Below are positions 27,165-35,650 of a stretch of DNA of 35,650 nucleotides, piece by piece. Origin of the DNA: Candidatus Aenigmatarchaeota archaeon (GTDB taxonomy: Archaea; Aenigmatarchaeota; Aenigmatarchaeia; CG10238-14; SpSt-28); assembly GCA_049976365.1 (NCBI GenBank), contig JBMFIJ010000003.1, positions 1-35,650 on the forward strand. Reading direction: 5' to 3'. The notes below the pieces were generated by a model. That model made no database searches and was not told the origin of the DNA. It saw nothing but the letters and a program-made list of their open reading frames with translations. Numbering within the stretch: position 1 is the stretch's first letter; every line of letters begins with the position of its first letter. Made by a program: the position numbers and the translations under genes.

Positions 27165-27336
27165 CTAAATCTCCTAAAATTTCTAAACTTCTAACATCAT
27201 CAGGATCTTCAATTTTTTGTAATCTGTCAAAAACTATAGAGTAAACTGAAAAAATGTTTTTTGATTCTTCAACTTTCTTCCATATTATTCCATTTAGTTT
27301 ATCTGATAATTCCCATATTTCCTCTCTATACAACAT
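27157..27336 (-). CDS. 59-aa hypothetical protein between rpl5 and rps14
   Basis: [59 protein letters not shown]; overlaps both neighbours; purine-rich gagaggggag before the ATG. Confidence 0.65.
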   Translation of the reverse strand: MLYREEIWELSDKLNGIIWKKVEESKNIFSVYSIVFDRLQKIEDPDDVRSLEILGDLGG

Positions 27337-27826
27337 TAACTCCCCTCTCTTTTAACCAATTAATAACATCTTCCTTATTAATTTTATGTTTTTTACCTAT
27401 TTCAGCTTTTTTAACCTTTCTCCTTTTAACTCTAAATCCAGGCCTTTCTAAAGTTACTGTTACATCAAAACCTAAGCTTCCAATTTCATGTTGGTACTTA
27501 ATGCCAGGCAATTCTATATATTCTGAAATTCCTATGCTAAAGTTACCATTATTATCTATAGATGAAGCAGGAATAGTATATTTTTTGGCTTCAAAAACTT
27601 TTTTGAGGAAATCTTCAGCTTTCTTTTTCCTAAGAGTAACTTTAACTCCGACTGGCTTTCCTTTAGCTATTCCAAATGTTGATCTTTTTTTAGAACGCGT
27701 TACTACAGGTTTTTGATTAGTAAGCATTAATAAAAGTTTCTTTGCTCTTTCTATTTTTTCTAAATCTCCGCCACACCCAACATTAATCGTAACCTTTTCT
27801 ATTCTAATCTCTTTCATTTTATTCAT
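27326..27826 (-). CDS. rpl5: 50S ribosomal protein L5
   Basis: IRIEKVTINVG, PVGVKVTLR, GNFSIGISEYI, GFDVTVTLERPG. Confidence 0.96.
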   Translation of the reverse strand: MNKMKEIRIEKVTINVGCGGDLEKIERAKKLLLMLTNQKPVVTRSKKRSTFGIAKGKPVGVKVTLRKKKAEDFLKKVFEAKKYTIPASSIDNNGNFSIGISEYIELPGIKYQHEIGSLGFDVTVTLERPGFRVKRRKVKKAEIGKKHKINKEDVINWLKERGVNVV

Positions 27827-28533
27827 TCACTCACCTTAATCCAAGGCTCTTCCTTACCTATAACTATGGCATGTTCTTTTAGAACTTCTGTTTTTTTATT
27901 TTCTATTTCGCAAACAATTTTAGGTTTAACGTTAAATTTACCCTCCAAAACCTCTATAATTCTTCCAATTTTTCCAGAATTTTGACCAGATGTTATAAGA
28001 ACTGTATTGTTAATATCCATTTCAGCATAATCTAATATCTTAAGATTTGGTAATTCAACAAGTAAAGAAGCATTTGTTTTGAATTTATTTTCATTAACGA
28101 GTATATTTTTGCCATCATTCATGTTTAACTGGAATTTATTTCCTTTTACACTCCTCTTTCCTACTATTTTTAGAACTTTTTTATTGGCTTCCTCTTTATC
28201 AATTTCTATAAGTTTTAAACCTCTTTTAAATGGTATTACTCTATAGCTTTTTTCTAATTTTGGTATTGTTACAACATCCAAAATTCCAACTGGATATCTA
28301 GGATCAGTTCTAACCTTACCATCAACCAATATTTCTCTCGCTTTTATTATTCTTTTTGCCTCCTTTCCAGTTTCAGCAAGCTTCAATATATCTCTAACAA
28401 TAATTGCTAATGGAATACACTCATCTTTTTTATGAGGACCAGGAGACGGTGAAAATGTCCAAGTATAGCCTCTAGTTGAGGTTGGCCAAAATTCTGGTGC
28501 TGATAGCCTTTTAAGATGAGACAATTTTACCAC
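27823..28533 (-). CDS. rps4e: 30S ribosomal protein S4e
   Basis: HLKRLSAP, PSPGPH, IPLAIIVRD, VDGKVRTD, YPVGILDV. Exact start uncertain. Confidence 0.95.
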   Translation of the reverse strand: MVKLSHLKRLSAPEFWPTSTRGYTWTFSPSPGPHKKDECIPLAIIVRDILKLAETGKEAKRIIKAREILVDGKVRTDPRYPVGILDVVTIPKLEKSYRVIPFKRGLKLIEIDKEEANKKVLKIVGKRSVKGNKFQLNMNDGKNILVNENKFKTNASLLVELPNLKILDYAEMDINNTVLITSGQNSGKIGRIIEVLEGKFNVKPKIVCEIENKKTEVLKEHAIVIGKEEPWIKVSE

Positions 28534-28888
28534 GCTCCAATATCTTCATTCTATACTTATCATCTAAGTTTAATTTTATTATCATTAGGTTGCTTGGAGA
28601 AATTGGGACCAAATACTCTGTTCCAACGGTTCTCTTCTTTTTAGCAGTGTCTACATAAACTTTGTAATTCTTCGTATCTATTCTAACAATTTTTCCAATA
28701 GTTCCTTTAAATTCTCCTCTCATTATTTTAACCTCGTCGCCTTTTCTAAGAGGAAGACTCCTCCTTTTATACTTTTCCCTAAGTTCTTTAGATAAATGTG
28801 CAGAAATAATTTTTCTCCTTATATGTAAAGGAGCTTCTCTCAAGAACTTTCTCTGCTTTCTTGGTTTCTTTGACTTAGGTCTTTTCAT
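28511..28888 (-). CDS. rpl24: 50S ribosomal protein L24
   Basis: SKKPRKQRK, APLHIRRK, SAHLSKELR, LRKGDEVKIMRG; ATG 28888 follows SD aggtga. Confidence 0.95.
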   Translation of the reverse strand: MKRPKSKKPRKQRKFLREAPLHIRRKIISAHLSKELREKYKRRSLPLRKGDEVKIMRGEFKGTIGKIVRIDTKNYKVYVDTAKKKRTVGTEYLVPISPSNLMIIKLNLDDKYRMKILERGKIVSS

Positions 28889-28897
28889 TTTTTTCAC

Positions 28898-29035
28898 CTA
28901 ACTATAAAATCTAGCTATTGTTGTTGTTCTAATCTTTCCCTTTAACTCAGGTTCTTGAACTATATTATCAAATTTGTCAGCTTCACATATTAATACGCTA
29001 TCTTTTTTCAAACCTATAAAGGCATCTAAAGACAT
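28898..29035 (-). CDS. 45-aa hypothetical protein between rpl14 and rpl24
   Basis: MSLDAFIGLKKDSVLICEADKFDNIVQEPELKGKIRTTTIARFYS; TAATG overlap with the rpl14 stop; SD ggtga inside rpl14. Confidence 0.65.
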   Translation of the reverse strand: MSLDAFIGLKKDSVLICEADKFDNIVQEPELKGKIRTTTIARFYS

Positions 29036-29433
29036 TAAATCACCATGGTTGCGATTTTTCCTAAATTTGAAAATCTTTCTACTGCCTCTCTAGCTACAGG
29101 ACCTTTAATTTCTGTTCCTTTTGGTTCTCCTTCCTCATTAACTAATACAGCAGCATTATCCTCAAATGCTATTCTTGTTCCATCCGCTCTTCTATATTCT
29201 TTCTTTTGTCTGATGATGACAGCATTAAAAATCTGTTTTCTCACTTTAACATCACCTTCCTTTACTACAACTTTTACCATATCTCCAACTCCAGCTTTTG
29301 GCATTCTCCTCCTTTTACCTTTATAGCCTCTAACTGAGATTATTTGCAAAACTTTTGCACCAGTATTATCTGCACAATTCAAATAACTACCAACATTAAG
29401 CGCTTTTGTTATGCTAGCTTTTAGCGCTTTCAT
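29035..29433 (-). CDS. rpl14: 50S ribosomal protein L14
   Basis: CADNTGAK, AGVGDMV, AVIIRQKK, FEDNAAV, IKGPVARE. Confidence 0.97.
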   Translation of the reverse strand: MKALKASITKALNVGSYLNCADNTGAKVLQIISVRGYKGKRRRMPKAGVGDMVKVVVKEGDVKVRKQIFNAVIIRQKKEYRRADGTRIAFEDNAAVLVNEEGEPKGTEIKGPVAREAVERFSNLGKIATMVI

Positions 29434-29774
29434 TTTTTAACACCTAAGACTACAAAAGCTTTTGTTTTACTCAATTTTCTAGTTTCTCCTATAATTACTT
29501 TATCACCAACTTTAACATCTATACACGGTGGTAAATGAGCATAAAGTCTAGAATGTCTTCTTTCATATCTTTCATATTTTGGTATGTAATGAAAATATTC
29601 CCTTTCTATTATTGCCGTTTTTTGAGGCCTAATAGATACTACAATACCTTCAAAAATCCTTCCTCTAACTTTAATTTTTCCATGCCATGCACACTTTTCA
29701 TCTTTACACTCTTTTTCCGGAGGCGTTAGTCCTTCTATTCCAATATTGTTTACCATTCTGATCATCTTTCCCAT
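29430..29774 (-). CDS. rps17: 30S ribosomal protein S17
   Basis: CKDEKCAWHG, VRGRIFEG, PKYERYERR, AHLPPC, GETRKLSKTK. Exact start uncertain. Confidence 0.96.
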   Translation of the reverse strand: MGKMIRMVNNIGIEGLTPPEKECKDEKCAWHGKIKVRGRIFEGIVVSIRPQKTAIIEREYFHYIPKYERYERRHSRLYAHLPPCIDVKVGDKVIIGETRKLSKTKAFVVLGVKK

Positions 29775-29835
29775 TTCTCAATCTTTAGCGTTTAAGCTTA
29801 AAAATTATTACATGTCAGAATTTTTTACTCTCTGT

Positions 29836-29875
29836 ATAAATAAAAAATAAAAAATGAAAAAAGAAAGAAAAGGTT
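29836..29875 (-). terminator. T-rich terminator-like tract after the MAKKKKK micro-ORF
   Basis: Minus strand reads aaccttttctttcttttttcattttttattttttatttat. Confidence 0.5.
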
Positions 29876-29891
29876 ATATTTTTATTTTATC

Positions 29892-29915
29892 CTATTTCTT
29901 CTTCTTCTTTGCCAT
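29892..29915 (-). CDS. 7-aa basic micro-ORF MAKKKKK
   Basis: ATG GCA AAG AAG AAG AAG AAA TAG; preceded by aggtaagga, a 6-bp hairpin and BRE-TATA; followed by a T-tract. Confidence 0.5.
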   Translation of the reverse strand: MAKKKKK

Positions 29916-29926
29916 TTTCCTTACCT

Positions 29927-29982
29927 GGGTTCGTGTAAGAACCCTAATATTATTTTAGCATTCTTCTTTATAAAATTTCCCC
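29927..29982 (-). promoter_or_regulatory. BRE-TATA promoter and 5' hairpin for the micro-ORF
   Basis: ggggaaa-ttttataaa (29982-29967); gggttc/gaaccc stem at 29944-29927, starting about 23 nt downstream of the TATA. Confidence 0.6.
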
Positions 29983-30046
29983 AGTTAAAAATTTCTTTTT
30001 TTGCAGTTTTACAGGCATTTTTATTTTGAAAAATTAAAAATTAGAG

Positions 30047-30274
30047 GTGAGGATAAAAATTTCAGCCACGTTTTATGGAAAATGTGATATTTGTAAAAAG
30101 GAAGGTTTAGTTTTTAAGGTTGGAGACGAAGAAACAAAAAAGGTTGTTATTATTTGCGAAGAATGTTCAAAAAAATATGCTAATTCAAAAATAAGCGAAA
30201 TAATAGAGAATTTTGGTAGAATAGATGAAGATTCATTTTCTCAAGGAATAAGAAATCTAAGTGAAGATAATTAA
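30047..30274 (+). CDS. Small zinc-finger protein
   Basis: CDIC...CEEC; GTG start. Confidence 0.7.
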   Translation: MRIKISATFYGKCDICKKEGLVFKVGDEETKKVVIICEECSKKYANSKISEIIENFGRIDEDSFSQGIRNLSEDN

Positions 30275-30293
30275 TTAGAATCTAAAAATCTTA

Positions 30294-31052
30294 ATGCTTA
30301 CAATTAAAAAGGCAGTCTTAATTTCGTTTTTCATAACTTTGTTAATTTTTCTTTCTAACTTTTTGCAAAGCAACTCCCAGATAACCAAAACTAAGGCTTT
30401 TGTAATAAAGGTTATAGATGGCGATACACTCGAGCTTTCCAACGGTATTAAAGTAAGACTTTTGGGTATAAATGCACCAGAAGAAGGAGAAGCTTTCTTT
30501 GATGAAGCAAGAAATTATTTGTCTGAGCTAGTAGAGAATAAAGAAGTCTATTTAGAGGAAGATATCATAAAGAAAGACATATATGGAAGAAAATTGGCTT
30601 TTGTTTTTGTAAATGGAAAAAATGTAAATGTCGAAATTTTAAAGAAAGGTCTAGCTCATACCTTTGACTTAAATAAAATTTCTAAATATTTAGATGAGCT
30701 TAAAGATGCAGAAAAATATGCAATTAGAAATGAAATTGGAATCTGGAAAAAATCAAATATAACTTGTATCAGTCTAGATAATTTAATTTTTGTTGGTGAA
30801 GAAAAAGTTGTTTTGAAGAATAATTGTAATTTTTCTATTCAGCTGAAAAATTGGGTGTTAGAGGATGAAAGTCATAACAAGTTTATATTTCCTTCCTATA
30901 TCTTTAATCCAGGAGAAAAAATAGAAATTTTTTCAACAAATTTGAGTCAAAAATTCAGTTTTAAGAAAAAGTATCCAATATGGAATAAAGAAGGAGATAG
31001 TTTATTCCTAAGAGATTCTAGTGGTTCTCTAGTTTTGTTTTATCGATACTAA
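30294..31052 (+). CDS. Thermonuclease (SNase) fused to a lamin-tail domain, with N-terminal signal/anchor
   Basis: KVIDGDT, VRLLGINAPE, DIYGRKLAFV, GIW; then EKVVLKN...LKNWVLED...IWNKEGDSLFLRD (LTD). Confidence 0.9.
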   Translation: MLTIKKAVLISFFITLLIFLSNFLQSNSQITKTKAFVIKVIDGDTLELSNGIKVRLLGINAPEEGEAFFDEARNYLSELVENKEVYLEEDIIKKDIYGRKLAFVFVNGKNVNVEILKKGLAHTFDLNKISKYLDELKDAEKYAIRNEIGIWKKSNITCISLDNLIFVGEEKVVLKNNCNFSIQLKNWVLEDESHNKFIFPSYIFNPGEKIEIFSTNLSQKFSFKKKYPIWNKEGDSLFLRDSSGSLVLFYRY

Positions 31053-31477
31053 GCGCCACCAAATTTTCCTGCATTTAGGGAAATCAGAGAAGCCAAGCTT
31101 GCTATGATTTTTGGTTCTACTATTGCTATATCGCTAACTGTAATTATTCCAACCAACTTTTCGTTCATCAAAACTGGTAGCTTCTTTATTTTATTTTTTA
31201 TCATTAGATCTACTGCTTTATCTAAAGGTTCATCAGCTTGTATTGTTATAACGCTTTTAGTCATTATGTCTCCTATTGTAACTTTATCTGGATCTTTTCC
31301 ATCTCCAATTGCTTTAAGAATATCAGTACTCGTTACAATCCCTATTATCTTTTCCCCTTCCATCACTACTAAGCTGCCCATGTTCATTTCTCCCATAACT
31401 TTGGCTGCTTCCCTAAGGGTTACTATAGGCTTTGCAACTACTACATTTTTGTTCATGACATCTTTAACTAACAACAT
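31049..31477 (-). CDS. CBS-domain pair protein
   Basis: VKDVMNKNVV...GIVTSTDI...IGDIMTKSVI...LPV...GIITVSDI. Confidence 0.92.
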   Translation of the reverse strand: MLLVKDVMNKNVVVAKPIVTLREAAKVMGEMNMGSLVVMEGEKIIGIVTSTDILKAIGDGKDPDKVTIGDIMTKSVITIQADEPLDKAVDLMIKNKIKKLPVLMNEKLVGIITVSDIAIVEPKIIASLASLISLNAGKFGGA

Positions 31478-31485
31478 AATTTAAT

Positions 31486-32208
31486 TTATTTTTTCTTAAT
31501 AAACCTGTTTTTTACCATTAAAGCCAGATAGACAATCAAGAAGGCTAAACCCAGATAAAAAATGTAATAGATAAAGTTTAGCTCCTCTTTAATTTTTTGA
31601 CTGATTATTTCTAATGATTCTATGTTTAAAGTTCTATAAGGAATAATGTAATCAGAAAATAATATAGGTGCGGAGGATAGTAGGAATATTATTGCAAAAG
31701 ATAGAATTTTTTCTTCTAGCTTCTCTATCAATAAGAAATATAAAATTCCAAGAATTATAGTGGCTATAGCAATGTAAATTAAAAAAGAAGAAACGAAGCT
31801 GTTAAAATCAGCGCTTATTAAATACCCCATTTTACCATCTTTTAAACATTTAGTTAAGTCACAATCATACTTTTGAAAATATATCGAATCAAAAATTTTA
31901 GATGCAATGTATGTTTTTAAGTTATCTTTGTTTAAATTTTCTAACTCATCGCATTTGATGCTAATATTTGTTCCAAATTCTATAGTAATTTCTCTTTGAT
32001 TTTTACATTTTTCTTTTAGAAATAGTAATGCTAGATCTTTTTGCTCTTCGCTTATTTTAGTTTGATTTTCTATTAAAGGAACTGTTATGTTCTTTAGAGT
32101 TTGATAACTTGTAATTTTTTGCAAGGAAATTGTAAGTATTAGCAAAGAAAATGAAATTAAGAATAAAAAACTTATTAAAATTTTAAAAATTTTTCTGAAG
32201 ACTCCCAT
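31486..32208 (-). CDS. Hypothetical membrane protein
   Basis: N-terminal TM helix, Cys-containing soluble loop, three C-terminal TM helices. Confidence 0.75.
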   Translation of the reverse strand: MGVFRKIFKILISFLFLISFSLLILTISLQKITSYQTLKNITVPLIENQTKISEEQKDLALLFLKEKCKNQREITIEFGTNISIKCDELENLNKDNLKTYIASKIFDSIYFQKYDCDLTKCLKDGKMGYLISADFNSFVSSFLIYIAIATIILGILYFLLIEKLEEKILSFAIIFLLSSAPILFSDYIIPYRTLNIESLEIISQKIKEELNFIYYIFYLGLAFLIVYLALMVKNRFIKKK

Positions 32209-32229
32209 TATTTAGCTTGTTTTTCCTAT

Positions 32230-33012
32230 CTATAAAATGTATTCTAGCTTATTTTTTAATTCCATTATTTGTGAAAAAATCTTAAACTTTAAGCTTTGGT
32301 TATATTCTTCTTCGCTTATTTTAGAAGCAATAATTCTGAAACATTCAGCTGTAATGCTTTTTTTAGAATATTCCATTAAAGGAATTCTGTTTATTAAAGA
32401 TTTTTGAATTTTTTTGTCAGTTGGTATTATTCCTAAAACTTTCATTTTTGTCTTTTGTTCAATTTCTTCTATTTTGCTCTTTGAAGGCCAGAATCCCATG
32501 TTTAAAACTAAATGAGCCTTTTTGTTTCCGAAGTAGGACAAAATCTCCTTAAGCTTTAGTACATCTTCAATCATTTGATCAAAAGGATTAGTAACTAATA
32601 TTATATCATCTGAAGCTTCTATTATTGCTAAAGCTTCTTTACCTATTCCAGGAGCACCGTCAATTATTATAAAATCTATATTGCCGCTTTTCTTCAAAAT
32701 TTCAACATTTCTTTTCAACTTTTTAATATCAACATCTTTTAGGTCTTCTATTTTTGTGCTTGAAGGCAATATTTTTATTCCGTTAAAATTATAAAAAGCA
32801 TTTAAAATGTTTACTTTTTCTTTAAGGACATCATTTAATGTAAAATTAAAGTTTTCAATACCTAGATATTGGGCTACATGAGGCATAGTTATATTTCCAT
32901 CTATTAGAACAGTTTTTTTACCAAGCTGATTTAAAGCTATAGACAAATTAATAGAAAAAATAGTTTTTCCTGTACCTCCTTTACCAGATATAACACCTAT
33001 ACTTTTTGTCAT
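32230..33012 (-). CDS. minD: Second MinD/ParA-family ATPase
   Basis: SGKGGTGKT, IDGNIT, IIDGAPG, VLN. Confidence 0.82.
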   Translation of the reverse strand: MTKSIGVISGKGGTGKTIFSINLSIALNQLGKKTVLIDGNITMPHVAQYLGIENFNFTLNDVLKEKVNILNAFYNFNGIKILPSSTKIEDLKDVDIKKLKRNVEILKKSGNIDFIIIDGAPGIGKEALAIIEASDDIILVTNPFDQMIEDVLKLKEILSYFGNKKAHLVLNMGFWPSKSKIEEIEQKTKMKVLGIIPTDKKIQKSLINRIPLMEYSKKSITAECFRIIASKISEEEYNQSLKFKIFSQIMELKNKLEYIL

Positions 33013-33047
33013 ACAAGAAATTATAGCTTAGACAGTTAAAAATCTAT

Positions 33048-34313
33048 ATGCTAGATTTTTTGTTTAGAATATTCAAAAAGAAAGAAGAAAAGAAAGAGGA
33101 ACCAAAAAAGCTATTAATAGTTAGGGAAAATGAGTTAGAATCAGTTCTTAACAATTTTATTTCTATTAAGGAAGAAGAAATGAAAAATTCTTTAATCTCA
33201 ATTTATAAATCAATTGAATCAAAGGTCAAAAATTTAGAAAATTCTTTAAATAACCTTAAGAATGAAACTATAAGCTTGCCGGATAAACAAACTGAAACGT
33301 TGGTAAATGCCAAGAAAAAAGACTTTTTGGAAAAAATGGAGCTTGCAATAAATGCTTTTAAGTATGAAAATTTAACTTCGTCTGATTTAAGCAAGATCAT
33401 TAGCTTTTACAGAGAGTTTTATGAAAAGCTAAGAGAAGTAAATGCAATATCATTAAAAGATTTCTTAACTATAAAAAATTATTTTTCTTCTTCTGGTAAG
33501 GTTTTGGAAAATTTTAAAATTTTGATCGAAGAAGTCGAAAAACAAAAAAGAATATTTTATAGCGAGGAATCAAACAAAGTCTTGGATATAAAAAAACAAG
33601 TCTATGATTATTTATGGCTAAAAAAAGAAATTGAAAATTTGAAAGATTCAATCCAAAAGGAAAATGAGAAAATTGCTCAAAAAGAAAAAGAGATAGAGGT
33701 AAAGAAAGAAGAAATAGTAAGGTTGGAAAATTCGGAAGAATTAAGAAAGTTGAGGGAATTAGAAAAAGAAAAATCAAAGATATATTTTAGAGAAAAAGAG
33801 CTGTCATCTATCTGTATTGAGAAAGCATCTACAATAGAGCATATCCTTAAAAAAATTAGGAGAAAAGTAAATGAAAAAGATTCAGCTATTATAGAAAAAT
33901 TCATCTATTCTCCTTTTGATGCAGTAATTTCTCACGATATGCAAGGCTTTTTAAAGAAATTGTTAGAGAATGCAAAATCTTTAGATTTAAAAGAGGAAGA
34001 GTTAAGAAAGTTGCAGAATGTTATTGAAGAAAATATTTTTGATAAAGTTTCAAGTGAATATTTGCAATTAGAAAAAAGACTCAGAGAAATAGAGTCTGAA
34101 ATAGAGAAAATAAGTGTTATTAAAGAAAAATTAAGAATCGAAAATGAGATAAAATCGATCTCTTTTGATGTCGATGAAGAAAGAAAATCATTAGAAAAGA
34201 TGAAAAGAAAGTTGGAAGAATTGGAAAATCTTAGAGAAAACTTGAAATCAAGTTTAGAATCTGAAATTTCTGAATTTTTGAAGAGAGAAGTAAAAATAAT
34301 TCAGCCTATGTAA
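33048..34313 (+). CDS. Long coiled-coil protein
   Basis: E/K/L-rich heptad pattern over 421 aa; N-terminal [12 protein letters not shown]; no Walker motifs. Confidence 0.75.
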   Translation: MLDFLFRIFKKKEEKKEEPKKLLIVRENELESVLNNFISIKEEEMKNSLISIYKSIESKVKNLENSLNNLKNETISLPDKQTETLVNAKKKDFLEKMELAINAFKYENLTSSDLSKIISFYREFYEKLREVNAISLKDFLTIKNYFSSSGKVLENFKILIEEVEKQKRIFYSEESNKVLDIKKQVYDYLWLKKEIENLKDSIQKENEKIAQKEKEIEVKKEEIVRLENSEELRKLRELEKEKSKIYFREKELSSICIEKASTIEHILKKIRRKVNEKDSAIIEKFIYSPFDAVISHDMQGFLKKLLENAKSLDLKEEELRKLQNVIEENIFDKVSSEYLQLEKRLREIESEIEKISVIKEKLRIENEIKSISFDVDEERKSLEKMKRKLEELENLRENLKSSLESEISEFLKREVKIIQPM

Positions 34314-35650
34314 GGTTGAACCTCTTCCTTACTTACTTGCCTTTTTCTTTCTTCAAATCTTTTGTAATATTCTACTAATTCTTTTGATATACTTGGAGTT
34401 ATCTTCTTCATAGCCTCCTCAAAGTGTTTCCACTTTACTTCTTTAGCATTTATATCTTCTCTTAAGGCATTCATTGCAGCCTCTTTAACCAAAGCTTCTA
34501 AATCGGCTCCAGAATAGCCTTCTGTCCTTTTTGCTATTTCTTCTAAGCTAACATCTTTTGCTAGTGGTACCTTTCTTGTATGAACCTTTAATATTTCCAA
34601 CCTTCCTTTTTCGTCTGGAGGAGGAATAAAAACTAGTTTGTCTATTCTTCCTGGTCTTAAAAGCGCTGGATCTATCAAATCTGGTCTATTTGTTGCAGCT
34701 ATTAATACGACGTTTTTAACTTCTTCTATTCCAGAAATTTCAGTTAATAATTGAGAAACAACTCTTTCTGTTGCTTCATGCATTCCAATTCCTCTTCTTG
34801 GCGCTAATGCATCTAATTCATCAAAGAAAATTATACAAGGAGCTACTTGTTTTGCCTTTCTAAATAATTCTCTTACTTTCTTTTCACTTTCTCCAAACCA
34901 CTTACTAAGTAACTCTGGTCCTTTAACTGCTATAAAGTTGGCTCCGCTTTCTGTAGCAACGGCTTTAGCTAACAAAGTTTTTCCACATCCAGGAGGACCA
35001 TAAAGCAAAATTCCTTTAGGAGGAGTAATACCCATTCTTTCAAAAGATTGTGGATATTTCAAAGGCCATTCAATCATCTCTTTCAAAGTTTTTTTAACTT
35101 CTTCCAAACCTCCAATATCCTCCCATTTAACTTTTGGAACTTCAACCAAAACTTCTCTCATGGCAGATGGTTCAACAACTCTTAAAGCGTTTTCAAAATC
35201 CTCTTTTGTAACTACTAGCTTTTCTAAAACTTCTTTTGGAATTTCTTCTCCTTCTTTCAATTGATCTCTAATTTCAGGCAAAACTCTTCTTAAGGCACTC
35301 ATTGCAGCCTCTTTACATAAAGCCATTATGTCAGCACCAACAAATCCATGAGTTTTATCTGCAATTTCTTCTAAGTTAACATCTTTTCCTAGAGGCATAT
35401 TTCTTGTATGAATTTTTAGAATTTCTAATCTTCCATTTCTATCGGGAACTGGAACTTCAATTTCTCTATCAAATCTTCCAGGTCTCCTTAATGCAGGATC
35501 TATATCATTTGGTCTATTTGTTGCAGCTATTACTATAACTTTTCCTCTACTTTTTAGCCCGTCCATCAAGGAAAGCAAGGTTGCTACTATTCTTCTTTCT
35601 ACTTCACCACCAACTTCTTCTCTTTTTGGAGCTATGGCATCTATTTCGTC
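34301..35650 (-). CDS. cdc48: Cdc48/VCP AAA+ ATPase (5'-truncated by window edge)
   Basis: Frame open from 35650 ([12 protein letters not shown]...); ATNRP...[10 protein letters not shown]; second module [23 protein letters not shown]. Confidence 0.96.
   Translation of the reverse strand, partial: DEIDAIAPKREEVGGEVERRIVATLLSLMDGLKSRGKVIVIAATNRPNDIDPALRRPGRFDREIEVPVPDRNGRLEILKIHTRNMPLGKDVNLEEIADKTHGFVGADIMALCKEAAMSALRRVLPEIRDQLKEGEEIPKEVLEKLVVTKEDFENALRVVEPSAMREVLVEVPKVKWEDIGGLEEVKKTLKEMIEWPLKYPQSFERMGITPPKGILLYGPPGCGKTLLAKAVATESGANFIAVKGPELLSKWFGESEKKVRELFRKAKQVAPCIIFFDELDALAPRRGIGMHEATERVVSQLLTEISGIEEVKNVVLIAATNRPDLIDPALLRPGRIDKLVFIPPPDEKGRLEILKVHTRKVPLAKDVSLEEIAKRTEGYSGADLEALVKEAAMNALREDINAKEVKWKHFEEAMKKITPSISKELVEYYKRFEERKRQVSKEEVQPYIG

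Noticed and set aside
27261-29729. + strand ORFs 27261-27716, 29045-29326 and 29535-29729
   Set aside because: Antisense to ribosomal protein genes; the other short opposite-strand ORFs in the track were dismissed for the same reason.
33048-34313. SMC/Rad50 call for the coiled-coil protein
   Set aside because: No Walker A/B, signature motif or zinc hook.
1-35650. CRISPR arrays, tRNA/rRNA genes, transposases, integrases, defence systems
   Set aside because: No spaced direct repeats, GC-rich structural RNA islands or matching protein motifs seen by eye.

Overview
AT-rich, very gene-dense archaeal chromosome segment with no tRNA, rRNA, CRISPR or mobile element seen. A fused PriS-PriL primase, fragmented ribosomal operons, mostly leaderless genes and frequent gene overlaps point to a streamlined DPANN-type archaeon (inference). 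Content is mostly housekeeping: Alba; glyS, serS, pheST, trpS; MtaB; EF-1beta; AglB plus a divergent GT-C paralog; primase-GINS-L44e-S27e; two MinD; endonuclease IV; enolase; prepilin peptidase; S17-L14-L24-S4e-L5-S14; a SNase-LTD nuclease; partial Cdc48. The most interesting signals lie below the ORF-track cutoff. (1) A candidate leader-peptide translational attenuator on serS: a leaderless uORF MAMPLQSI whose Ser codon and stop run into a long hairpin that buries the serS SD and AUG. (2) Two apparently self-contained micro-genes of opposite charge, a 24-aa poly-Glu peptide and MAKKKKK. (3) A three-hairpin leader with a K-loop-like element on the TRAM gene. (4) Two translationally coupled orphan ORFs inside the ribosomal protein operon. 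All RNA structures were paired by eye and no database search was run.
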